A stretch of 64,000 bases of DNA from Octopus vulgaris (taxonomy: Eukaryota): the NCBI GenBank assembly GCA_951406725.2, contig OX597825.1, positions 48,174,001 to 48,238,000 of the forward strand, written 5' to 3'. The notes below the pieces were generated by a model that searched no databases, was not told the origin of the DNA, and worked only from the letters and a program-made list of their open reading frames with translations. This document shows positions 25,275 to 37,900 of the stretch, one piece after another (within the stretch, counting starts at the first letter, position 1; the number at the start of each line of letters is the position of its first letter). A program made the position numbers and the translations under genes.

Positions 25275-26550
25275 TGATGTACCGACCTAGATGCCTCCTC
25301 ATAATAGAAAGTCAAATACCCAAGAATGCATATTCCCAAGAGGAAGCAATACCTGAAAGGTCGAGCAGGGTTGATGAACGCCTACATCATCTCCATAATC
25401 TAGTACTGCCTGACCGTCCCCGTGCTTTGCCTCTCTTCCCGTCTGACTGGACGAGAGATTGTTTTCCACTTTTTTAAAAGAGATGCGTACTGGTCAGGTG
25501 CACCATTTGCACCTGCGTGAAGGACTGGATGTACCGTGGCTGATGATGCGGAGACCTACGGTGAGGCTGCGACATCGCCAGCATTTCCTTGATGTTGAGG
25601 ACTCCGTTTCCACAACTTGTTTCTATGAGAGAGCTGCAGTTCTGGGTCAAACAAAGATCCAGAAAGGACATCGAGTTCTCACAACTTTTCACCAATCGGA
25701 TAATGTGGTGGGTGGAAGCTCTATGTTAATCCCCTCTAGAAGGTTAGTGCCAAGAAAGAGTGACGAGTTCTGAGTGAAACTCTGGGCATCATTGAAAAGC
25801 ATTGCTTGGTCTGTTCTAGAGGACTTTCTGGATAAGGCCCATGGATAATTTCCAAAAATCTTTGGCCTGACTGCTTTCTGAGGACCTGTCTGAGATGAAC
25901 GCAGGAGAACGAAACCATTTTGCACGCACTCGTCTACTACCCGAGCATTGCTGATTTGTGGAGTTATGTCGAAGAACTATAAGTACATATAAGACAGATC
26001 CGGTTATTAGCTGAGTCCATTGAGAAGCTGTTTCCGCCACCTTACTTTAACCAGAAAGAGCAGGCAATTTTTTTTTTGTTTTTCTGGTGGTCTTCGTGAA
26101 AGAGATTGTGTTGTGGACGCGTCTGAAAGAGCTGTAGACAGAGATCTTTCTCTTTGGCCAAGCTCTCATCAACCTTTCCCTGTTTCACTTGGAAAGAAAA
26201 TGCTCCAGCCAGCAAAATTATTATAAGATGGATGAGAATAGCGAGCATGGTGCGAGTAAATGAAACAGGCTTTATGCATGCACTTCTAGATTGTAAAAGG
26301 CCATCTGGGAAATGGTTGTTCGCTTTAGTAGCCAGAGTGACCGTTGCTTTTATGAGGATTCCATCAGTAAGCCTCAGATTTCTCTTTTAGGATTTTTTCT
26401 TAATTTGAGTTCTTTAAGCTTTATTTTGGTCATTTCTCTCTCTCTCTTTTTTTTTTTTTTTTTTTTTGCTTTTTAATAAAAATCCCACACATCGTCATGT
26501 ACCAACCTCGCTCTTTTTTTTTCTACCATTGTGATTAATAAATAAGGCAT
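25275..26550 (+). mobile_element. 5'-truncated decayed L1/Tx1 LINE (ORF2 C-terminal part and 3'UTR)
   Basis: RKQYLKGRAGLMNAYII, GLDVPWLMMRRPTVRLRH and MDNFQKSLA are homologous to ~38500-39100. Confidence 0.78.
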
Positions 26551-26569
26551 TATCTTTTTTATTATTATT

Positions 26570-26765
26570 AAGGTGGTGAACTGGAAGACCCGTTCGCACG
26601 CCGGTCAAAATGCTTAGTGATATTTCGTTCATCTTTACGTTCTGAGTTCAAATTCCGTCAACTTTGCCTTTTATCCTTTAGGGGTCGATAAAATAAGTAC
26701 CAGTTGAGCACTGGGATCGATGTAATAGATTAGCCTCCTTTCCCAAATTTCAAGAATTGGAAACC
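26570..26765 (+). mobile_element. tRNA-derived SINE (family A head, (ATT)n tail)
   Basis: Matches the 13873 SINE head and body. Confidence 0.8.
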
Positions 26766-27433
26766 ATTATTATTGTTGTTATTATTATTATTATTGATCT
26801 GTATGATTTCATTGAAATTCTCTCACAATATTCTGTCTCAATTATCAATATCTGATAATGCTCAGAGTATATATAAGTAGTAAATTACTTCCGCCTCTTG
26901 CTCTTCTTTTCGTATTTAATCACATTGATGAAACGATACGCTACTTCAATTCCCGTGCAATAGAAAACAAATAGCCTTGCTCCAGCATGGTCGTGGTTAT
27001 GATTCCTAAATAAAAATAAACATGTTATTTCTCGATACTGATAGTTTTTACTGATATTATAAAGAGCAGGACATGAAGGACATGGAGTCTGCCATGAGCT
27101 TGAAATGTAGGAGGGACAATTATCGTGTTTAGTGTGAAATGTGGGAATGAATAATTTCTATAATTTGACCCAGCCTCAGGCACCAAAGCAATGGCCAACA
27201 CGACGACGACGACGACAACCACCATCACTACCACCAACAACAGCAGCAGCAGCAGCAACAACAACAACAACAACAGCAACAACGCGTTCGCCGTGGTTCT
27301 TCTTCGTATCACAGCTTAAGAGGAACACCTTGGATAATAGTCTTGAGTAGGCTACGACTGAATTGTAATATGAGATGGCCGCATTTTGATTGTCTTAGAC
27401 CAGCTGAATGAAGCCTCCAAGAATTATCTATAT

Positions 27434-30320
27434 TAATGTGAGACCGGTGTAAAGATTTCAAGTTACCTCCATTTCAAGCTACCTCCCGGTAATCTGAAGT
27501 CGATTTCAAATTACCGGGGGTAGGGTGGAGGTTTAACCTGAACCTGATTTCAAATTACCCCCGCGCTATTCACATTACCCTGTCAATAATTTTGCTAAAA
27601 TAATAAATTCTAACACTTACCTGATACTTCCATAACATTTAACACAGATGACATTCAAGATTGTAAACTAATCTTAAAATATGAAAATAAGACAAAAATA
27701 TTAGATTTTTTAAAACACTTTTATGATGCACTGAAAAAAAAAACGTCGTGTTTGCAATTGCTTTTAATAAAAACATTTTATTTCTTTGTTTATGAGAAAG
27801 TGATTTGGATTACTCTCTTTTACTCTTTTACTTGTTTCAGTCATTTGACTGCGGCCATGCTGGAGCACCGCCTTTAGTCGAGCAAATCGACCCCGGAACT
27901 TATTCTTTGTAAGCCCAGTACTTATTCTATCAGTCTCTTTTGCCGAACCGCTAAGTGACGGGGACGTAAACACACCAGCATCGGTTGTCAAGCAATGCTA
28001 GGGGGACAAACACAGACACACAAACATATACACACACATATATATATACATATATACGACAGGCTTCTTTCAGTTTCTGTCTACCAAATCCACTCACAAG
28101 GCATTGGTCGGCCCGGGGCTATAGCAGAAGACACTTGCCCAAGATGCCACGCAGTGGGACTGAACCCGGAACCATGTGGTTGGTTAGCAAGCTACTTACC
28201 ACACAGCCACTTTTTTCTATAGATATGTAGCAGATCGATGTTGTTTATAGGGGACTGAGTTGAGATGATAGAATGTAACGATAAGAGCTTGATTTAAAGA
28301 ACAATATGTGTTTTATACACAAAGCGAAATTTATTCATACACTTTAAATCGGTAACGAAATATCTTTATACACATTAAAACATCACGGCAGTTTGTTTGT
28401 TGATTAGTTTGGAGCTTGGGTATCTTAATTTTCGTAATTCGTTTTCCGTTTTTTACTTGCTGGTGGTTGCTCAATATATCGAGTAAAATTGGTAGCATTT
28501 ACTTTATTTTCTGGTACTTTATTGTGATTTGAAAGTGGGTAGGCATTTTGCCGCAAACTTCTGCAATAGTGTAAGGAGCTGTGCTGCGTTCCGTAAAATA
28601 TCCTCCCAGTCTGTCCTCTCGAATTAAGTTTTTGAGCATAATTTTATTTCCAATACTGAACTGCTGTTGTTCGTGTTTTCTATCGAATTGTTCATTTTGA
28701 ACGGACTGAGCTATTCTAATATACTAAAGAACCCATTCTGGATATGCTTCTTTCAAACTTCTTCAGCTTAAGTAACTAAGCGAAAACTCGGTTTTTTCAT
28801 TCGCAAAATATGCATTTTTAAAAGGAAGTAAAAGATCTGAAAATTGGCTATAATAATGTAGCCTTCCAGTCCCTTTGCTTTGAAGGTATGCTGTTGTGGA
28901 GAAAAAAATGGTGGGAGAAAAAAGTTACAGAAGTTTAAAGATCGAGAAAAAAACAGTATTTTTAGCCAATAGTAAGAGAGAAATTTTCTGCGTTTAACGG
29001 AGCGGTGTCAACTTTAAGGTTGTACCATGTGAAATTTATAGTTTAGCATCTGACCTGTTCATTTTAGGTTTCTAAATAAACAGAAATACCTAATAAAATC
29101 AACATGTATCATCTTACTGTTTCTTTTGTCTCTTCATTGATTGTATGCTTTTATCATTTTTCAAAATTTGTTATATTAATATATTTGTCTGTATGTGTTT
29201 ATGCGTACTTCAGTATTATGTATACTTGCCATGTATTTATGTACATCATTAATATATAAGTGCATGAGTGTGTGATGAGTGTGTGTGTGTGTGTGTGTTA
29301 GTGTGTGTGTGTGTGAAAAGGGGGCGTCCGTCTCCAAAACTCCGAAGTTCAGTAACGTTTTCATGCTTGGATTTGTAAACTACGATGACAATAACACTGG
29401 TCAACAAAGAATTTGTCCCAAGGAAAAGAATGCCTGTATCTTATATGTTTTTGCATTCAAAAATAATGTCAAATTATCCGTATCACCCACAGTTTTTCTG
29501 TTCCTGTTACATGGGCTAAATTTCAATTAAGCTGTTGAAATGTGAAGCTAACGGTTTAAGAAATACTCCTAATTAATTTTTTTATGAATAGAATCAACCT
29601 AATGAAATCATAAATACAGCTGTCTGAGACAATGAGTCCCAAAATATATATGAAATGAAAAATATGTAAAAATACTAAGTGTGAAAAATCAACATAGGCA
29701 ACAACGACACAGATAACAGCATTCCACAATACGGCGTGCGGTTGTCATGGTAACAAGCTGCTAATGCCACACTGTCTGTTGATTGGCTAAAATTACCAAA
29801 ATATCCCAACTTTAATTCCAAATAACATCAGATTCTTTAATTTACGAGATAAGGTAAAGCAATCTGAGCAAAATTACGGGTGGGGCACTCATTTTGCGAA
29901 TGAGAAAGACTAGATCCGAAAACTCCAACTAAATGAAAGCTCTGACTTTCATATACAAATGTACATTACGATTTGACATACAATAAACATCAACACATAC
30001 ATTTAATGGGTTTACCCATTATCAACTTGATGCAAACTTGTCTTATTAATTATACTTTTTTTAGTAATTATATTTGTTAGTTAAAGAAGAAAAATGATGA
30101 TGATGACGATGATGATAATATACATAATAATGATTCTCTTATTGACTACCACGGAGACGGTAATCTGAGACGAACATTTGGGCGAGTATTTTAGGTGAGG
30201 GTAATCTGAAATCGTAGGGGGTAACTTGAAATCGATTTCAAATTACCCTCGGGGATAATCTGAAAGCGATTTCAAGTTACCGGGAGGTAATCTGAAATCG
30301 CCATACCGGTTTACACATTA
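27434..30320. mobile_element. DNA transposon relic with modular TIRs (superfamily unassigned)
   Basis: Ends are inverted copies (taatgtgagaccggt.. / ..accggtttacacatta) with repeated gatttcaa(g/a)ttacc subterminal units at 27450-27580 and 30160-30300. Confidence 0.7.
27813..28210 (-). mobile_element. Complete SINE (family B)
   Basis: Head gtggctgtgtggtaag..ggttcagtccc on the minus strand, internal CA/TA tract, (AAAGAGT)-type tail. Confidence 0.9.
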
Positions 30321-30635
30321 CGGAATCTCCTCTCTCGCAATGGTTATGAATATCTCAGTTCATTGACACTTCTAATACTGTAGCGGAACGCCTTCCACAC
30401 CACATCACATAATGTTCATCACAAAGTTACCGAAAACATAGAAATTATGTTGTGTGCGAAGGTCACAGTGTGATAATTCTGCACATTGCAATATATTTAT
30501 CTCAGTGGTATACATGCTGCACAATTTAAGTGCACCACTACCAGTTGCTCCACCTCAGTCACTGCACTAATGACCAAAATATTGTTGCTGTTTATGCAGT
30601 TACTATAGATTGCTGTTAGCTGTGACAGCATTTAT

Positions 30636-30829
<194 letters not shown>

Positions 30830-30830
30830 C

Positions 30831-32660
30831 CTTTCTTTATTGGCCACAAGGGCCGCACACAAAACGTAAAGAATGATACAACACAAAAGACGGTGGGGAT
30901 TTACATACAATGCGTGTAAAGAATAAAAAAAAACAATGACTATGATCAATAAAAAATCCAACAATAAAATTCCCGAGAAGGGGTGGGGCAAGCTCCACCC
31001 AGAGGCAGCCAAGGAACCGCACACATTCTGGACTCTCGGAATGCTATGGGTAACTCGGTAGTATACCCCTCTCCTCTCCATTTCCTCCAGCCAACAGGCG
31101 CATGCTCAGAGTAGGCCCATTCACACAGGCAATCCTTGTTACATTCACCCAGCTTTCAACAAAAATACTGGAAGGCAGTACTTCCCTCTTCACTCTCGTT
31201 TTCCTTTTCAAGCGGAACCTGAAAAAAATCGATGCAGCGTCACCACGCCACGGCTCAGCACTGGGAATTCTTCCGTTCTGCTGCGAGATGTGGTAGACAT
31301 CAGCCGATAGATTATTGAACAGGTCTGGTATATGAAAATAAAGATCGAAGGGCTGGCTATCCAGCCACAGAGAGTTCTCCCTTGCATGACTCATCACCGC
31401 CTACCGTCTTCGGCTGTTATCGGCACCTTGCAGAACTCTATTTGCCTATGAAGGCGGCGAGCTGGCAGAAACGTTAGCACGCCGGGCGAAATGCGTAGCC
31501 GTATTTCGTCTGCCGTTACTTTCTGAGTTCAAATTCCGCCGAGGTCGACGTTGCCTTTCATCCTTTCGAGGTCGATATAATCGACTTAATCCGTTTGTCT
31601 GTCCTTGTTTGTCCTCACTGTGTTTAGACCCTTGTGGGTAGTAAAAAAATAGGTATTTCGTTTGCCGTTGTTCTGAGTTCATATTCCGCCGAGGTCGACT
31701 TTGCCTTTCATCTTTTCGAGGTCGATTAAATAAGTACCAGTTACGCCCTAAGATAGATGTAATCGACTAGACCCGTTTCCCACAAAATTTTCAAGGCATT
31801 GTGCCTAGAGTAGAAATAATTATTTCCGATAGCTGGATCCGTCCTACATGTAAGAGCAGGTGCTTGACATAAACCCACATGTCAACAATGGACGAGAGCA
31901 TGCAGAACAATTTCGTCGCTCTAAGGGCATCTCGGACAAGCCTAGTTGGCAGCACTTCCATACCTGCAAAGTTTATCCCGTACTGCCAATGCAACTCAGT
32001 AGCACTGCCAGGCCAAAGATTTCTGGAAATTATTCACAGGCCGCTGCCCAAATGTTCTTGGGAAGAGACAAGCCAATTGATTCTTTTCGACGCCTAGAGT
32101 CTCCCCGAGAACGTCGTCGCACTTGCCCGCCACTAACACTATAAAAGAGGAACTTTCACTGATCGCATTGCCCTCTAATAGGGGACTGTGAGTGCCTGAC
32201 GATACTCTAGGTGCCGGGCGCCCTGCTTAGGTCTATGCTTGATTCAAGACTATAGCTCAGTGAAAGAGACGAGCTGTGAAAAAGCGAGTCTGACAAACGG
32301 CGACCACACTTGCTCACCGTAGATGGAGATGTAGCTTCAGCGCATGTTTGCGCTTCAGCAGCCAAATGATGCTCAGCTCTCCATTCAACGGGTTTTGACA
32401 GCAAATGGAGCCCCTGACCAGTGAAACGTATCCTTTCCACAGAAAGCAGAGGGGTGTGCACTCTAGCATGGTCAGACGTAAACAGGAGCAAGGCATGACG
32501 GGAAGGCGGTATATATATGATGGAGGCAATGTAAGCATTCGCCACTTCTGCCCGACCTTTCAGGGATAGCTTTCTCTCAGTTCATTTTTGTCGAGATTGG
32601 CACCCTCCTCGTCACTTCGTCCCAGTTCCTTTTTTAAACAAAAACTGAGGGGCGTGTTTG
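30831..32660 (-). mobile_element. Rearranged L1/Tx1 LINE fragments interrupted by SINEs
   Basis: RKLSLKGRAEVANAYIAS (~32570), FQKSLAW (~32020), QQNGRIP joined to FRLKRKTRVKRE..WVNV; 3' end gcccttgtggccaataaagaaag. Confidence 0.78.
31448..31820 (+). mobile_element. Dimeric SINE (family A monomer + second monomer)
   Basis: Two SINE bodies in tandem joined at aaataggtatttcg. Confidence 0.85.
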
Positions 32661-32974
32661 CTAAACAAACCCCGATTTAGTCCCTAAGGGCTACACATGG
32701 AGAAAAACTAACCAGCTTCCTTAGGTTCTGGTTAGAATATCTATATAACGATAAATGTTCAATATATAACTTTGTGTAATACTATAACAACAAACTTACG
32801 GGAGGGATGTGCAAAACGTGTCGATAAACGAACAACAACTACAATCTACTGTAATAAGTCTTATGTAATTCTCCGTCACAACATATGAATGAGAAAGGAA
32901 GGGGTGATAGGTGAATAAGGAAGGAAGGGGTGATGGTAAACTTGGTAGTGGGATGATGGAAGTTCGACGGTGAA

Positions 32975-34240
32975 AAAAATTTGTAGGGGCGTGGGCTAAT
33001 CGATTACAACGACTCCAGTGCGTAACTGGTAGTTATTTCATCGACTCCGAAAGGATGAAAGGCACAGTCAACCTCGGCGGAATTTGAACTCAAAACGCAA
33101 GGACGGACGAAATAACGCTAAGCATTTCACCCACTGTGCTAACGATTCTGCCAGCTCACTGCCTTAACAATAATATTAATGATAATGTTTCCAAATTGTG
33201 CCACAAAGGCAGCAATTTCGGGGGAGGGAAAGTGTCGAATAAATCCACCCCAGTGTTTCACTGGTACTTCATTTATCGAACCTGAAAGGATGAAAGGCAA
33301 AGTCGTCCTCGGCGGAATTTGAACTCAAAACATAAAGACGGACGGAATGCCGCTAAGCATTTTGTCCGGCATGCTAACGATTCTACTAGCACACCGCCTT
33401 TACAATAATAATGATAATTCTTTCTAATATAGGCATAAAGCCTGAAATTCGGGATGAGGGGGATAGTCGATCACATCGACCTCAGCGGAATTTGAACTTA
33501 AAACACGGACGAAATACTGTTAAGCATTTTGTCCGGCGCGCTAACGATTCTAGCCTGCTCGCCGCCTTAACAACAATAATAATAATAATAATGGTTTCAA
33601 ATTTTGCCACAAGGGCAGCCATTTGGGGGGAGGGGATTCGTCGATTACATCGACCCCAGTCTTCAACTGGTACTTAATTTATCGACAGTAGCGTAACTAG
33701 ATGTGGGGGCGGGATGGGGTGGGAGGCGCCCCGGATGCCGATTGAAGCGGGGCGCAGAATTGACCATAATACGATAAACTTGAATTCCATTTATAAAATT
33801 TATAAAAGCAAACATTAAAAAAATATATTTTGAATCACAGACTGTGCCGAGCCGGCAGGTAAGTGAACCCTAGTAAGGTATGTATTCCTAAAATACTGTT
33901 TTAAAACATTAATTACTTGTAAAAAATAAGTACTATATAATATCGTGGATTTTGTAATTAGGTGGTGGGGTGCGCATTTTTGCAGCTTGCCCCGGGTACG
34001 GTTTATTCTAGCTACGCCACTGTTTATCGACCCCTATAGGATGAAAGGCAAAGGCGACCTCGGCGAAATTTGAGGTCGACTTCACCTTTTATCCTTTCGG
34101 GGTCGATTAATTAAGTACCAGTTGAAGACTGGGTCGATGTAGTCGACACATCCCCACCACCAAAAATGGCTGCCTTTATAGCAAAATTTGAAACTATCAT
34201 AATTATTGTTAAGGTGGCGAGCTAGCAGAATCGTTAGTAA
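32975..34240 (-). mobile_element. Cluster of family A-like SINEs (mostly minus strand)
   Basis: Repeated gaaaggatgaaaggc..cggcggaatttgaactc units separated by (AAT)n. Confidence 0.82.
33686..34022. mobile_element. hAT-type MITE inserted in a SINE
   Basis: TIRs cagtagcgtaactag / ctagctacgccactg; exact 8-bp TSD tttatcga. Confidence 0.88.
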
Positions 34241-34879
34241 TAATAACAATGCTCTTTATTATCCCCAAACGGCCCTTGGTGATACAATAAAACTATGTAG
34301 ATAGAAGTATAAATCCATGTACAGTGGAGACACTGAAATGTTAAACAACTGAAAAAAAAATGTTCTTGTTTTTCTCTTGCTATTTAATTATTATATGTAC
34401 TCCTATGGTTATTAGAGCATCATATGATTATGGTTATAGTAACACAGATAAATATTTTACTTTGTATTAGTGTCATAGAACATATGGAGTATAAAGAGTT
34501 ATAAATCGGCTCTTAAACAGACGCATTAGTAACACGCGCGCGCATACCTACCTACCTACCTACATACATCCATCCATACATACATACATACATACCCGCC
34601 TGCCTGTCTATCTGCCTACATACTTACATACACACATACATACATATACATATACATACATAATATACATACATATATGTATGCTCTGAGGTTTCGCCTC
34701 CTTGATTTTACATCAGCAAGGTCATGGATCGAATTTTCAGAACTGTTAATGTTCTTAGAAGAAAATTACTTGCTAACATCCTGCATAGCTTTTGTTAGTC
34801 TTTGTAATGTAGTGACCCCTGGCGGCTACGACGGCAAGCAAAACGGAAAAGGGATTTAACGAGAGTAATCTCCCTCGAG

Positions 34880-34960
34880 CTTCTAGAATGTTCGAGACCT
34901 TTCTGGAAGCTTTAGGTGTACGTGGAAGTCAAGGACTTCCGCTCCATCCCTTACATAAAG
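34880..34960 (+). promoter_or_regulatory. Heat-shock element array plus TATA-like box (probably of LTR origin)
   Basis: TTCtaGAAtgTTCgaGACctTTCtgGAA is six alternating nGAAn units with one mismatch; tacataaa at 34952. Confidence 0.55.
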
Positions 34961-34997
34961 GAAGAAATTCTAAATTCGCGCCACTCCATGTCTGTCT

Positions 34998-37900
34998 TTA
35001 AAATGCCTCGGGCTAGTATTAAAGGAGATTAAATACCTGGCAAGAGGTACCAGTTTCGCAACAATTGAAGCACGGTTCGAGTCGGCTGAGAAGGCCAGGG
35101 ATTTCTCGACTCGAACCGTACAAAGTGGGAATATTCTGCTTCTTCCCTTGTATTTGGGCAGAAGAATCTCCCGGATCAAAATAAAAAAATATACCGCCAG
35201 AGGTAGAGGTGGTGTGGATAGCAGCTACCATTCTCTTCGGTCGGGAGGAGAAGATAAAAATCATCCAAATCACCAGAGACGCCCGCAAAACTGGCGGGGT
35301 CAAACTCTGGAGATCCTGGCCCAGACTTCTTTTGAGGATTTAGAAACCTCCCTGAGACCATACAGATCGGGGAGGAGACGGTCTTGACGGTCAACGTAGA
35401 GGGAAGAAAACCATGTTGCTTTAAATGTGATAAGAAGGGACATATAAGACAGAAATGCCCGCAAAATAAGGATAAAGAAAAGGAGAACAAAGATGAGGCG
35501 ACGCCCCCAGCCAAGGAGGCTGTTACCCAGAGGGCGACAGCCTCCACCAATATAAAAGAAGCACCGATGGCCCCAGCCATGGAGGCTGTTACACAGAGGG
35601 CGTCGGCAAACACCAAAAATTTAACACCAGCGCCCACAACCAAGGAGGCTATTACTCAAAAGGCGTCCGTGAACAACAAGGTATCGCCCCCCCCCCAGCC
35701 ATGGAGGCTGTTACAAGAGTGGAGGCCGCGGTCACCAACATAGAGGAGGAGACGACCCCCGCCAAGGAGGCGGTTACACACAGAGTGTCCACCTCCTCTA
35801 ATACTAACACTAATACAAATGCAGTGGAGACCACAGCCAGGGAGGCTGTGGTAAAGAAGGTGGCCGAGAGTAAAATTATAGAGGAGGAGACGCCCCCCGC
35901 CAGGGAGGAGGTTACACAGAGGGCGTCTACCTCCTCTAAAGCAAATGTAGCGGCACCCCTAGCCATGGAGGCTACTATCAAGAGGGCGTCCGCTAAGGAC
36001 AAAACAGCCGTGATACCGTCGGAATAGGAAATGGAATTCCAGATGGTGTCATGCAAACGTCCAAAAAATGGAGTCGTCCACAAAAAATCAAGAAGCGGCC
36101 CCCAAAAAGTGGTTAGAAAAATTGAGAAAACACAATCGTCCCACACGAAGAGTAAAATGTGTTTAAGATGGGTACAATTACCAAATAAGGAAGAAATCGT
36201 GGTAGCGGCATATAAAAAACATAATAAATACCTGGTTGGAGTTATTAAGCCGCACCATAAAGCACATGTATATAATAACACAATTAATAATAGTGTAAAA
36301 ATTAATAATATAGTAAAACTGCTAAGAGAACTCCTTTTTCGAGTTAAAATATAGATAAAGAAAAGACATTGTGGAAGTGAGGGATCGTCCTAAATTATTC
36401 AACCCACTGATTAAGCCATTTTTAGATGAGAAGAAAGAGGAGGAGGGGATTGTCCCACTAGTACTAAGGTCTATCCCACTCGAAAAAACGAAATGAGGAA
36501 GGTAAGCTCTGAATTTTTCTTTCTTTTTCTCTTTGATATGACATGGCTGCACTACTTATTGGCTGTTTGAATGTGCGTGGCTTAGGGTTGAAGAGGAAGC
36601 AGGCTTGTTTTCTCGACGACCTCATAACACACAGAATAGATGTGATGGTTGCTACAGAGACCAAGTTGGACAAGCTGCATGCTTTCTCACCTCTCCTGAA
36701 CGGCTATGAGAAAATCGTGTCTCCTAGTCAAACCGGGGGGGGGTGTAGTTTTGCTCCGGAAAAACTTGGATCTGCAGACACGTACAATCTTCGTGGACCC
36801 AGAAGGCGAGTCGGTCGTTCTGGATCTGACATACAGTGGTAAGGCCTTCAGGTTGGTTGGTTTTATGCGCCTAACGCGACAGGCAAACGGAATGAGCTCT
36901 ACCAACGTCTCGAGAATTTCTCGGTGACGTCGAAAACACTAGTTGTGTTAGGTGACTTTAATGCTATTCTTGATGCACGCCTGGATAGCGTTGGCTCGAA
37001 CGATAGGAAATGTGACTCACGCCTCGTCGATCTGCTGAAGCGATTTAAGGTTGGCAGATCGATTCAGGCTTGATAATCCGAGCGTGCCAATGTGGACGTA
37101 GACTAATTACGACGGATCAATTAGGTTTATATAGATAGCATCATAGTTAATGCGATAGATAAGTCTAGTGTAAGTTGTCCACAATTTGCCTATGTACCCT
37201 ACACGGATCACAAATTAGTGACGTGTAGGTTGTATATAGATAAGGTTCATAGACAGGGATCTGGCTATTGGAATTTGAACAAATCCTTATTGGATTACAA
37301 AGCTTACCGTAGCCAGATTAAGGTGTTAGTTATGAGGGCACTAACTGGCACTGTATTTAATAACCGATGGTGGGGTACCCTCAAAAGAGCCATTCGCACT
37401 GAATCATTTAGATTTATTAAACAGTTACGTTTAGAGAAGAAGAGAGTAGAAAGGGACTTAGTTAAGGCATTAGAAGAGGCGCTAAGGGTGGGCTCTGCAT
37501 CCCAAGTTTTGGCGGCGAGATCGGCCTTTGACCGACGCCTCAATACCAAACATGAAAGATGCAGAGTTCGGGCTAATGTACGTGCAGTGGGTCGCTAGGT
37601 ATCAACGTTTCCGGGCGGGCTCGCTCGGTAGAAATCCAACGTGCCGTGGATGCTACGATTAGGTCTGTGACAAATGAACATGGACAGGAAATCGAAGGAC
37701 AAGGTCTTTCACGAGCACTTTCCTGCGTTGTTCAGGGGTGGGGAACGTGGGACCATGAGGATGCCCTCAGGATTTCCTGGCCGGCGGCCCGTGTCTTTCG
37801 GCGCGAGATGTTGAGCGCTGTGAAGGGCCGATGACGGCTGAGGCGATCACAAAGGTACTTTCCGAGTGCCCCGGGGACAAGTTGCCGAGACTGGATGGTC

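Noticed and set aside
29741-29790. RFX X-box (gttgtcatggtaac) plus CCAAT as a host promoter
   Set aside because: Lies inside a transposon relic with no adjacent gene.
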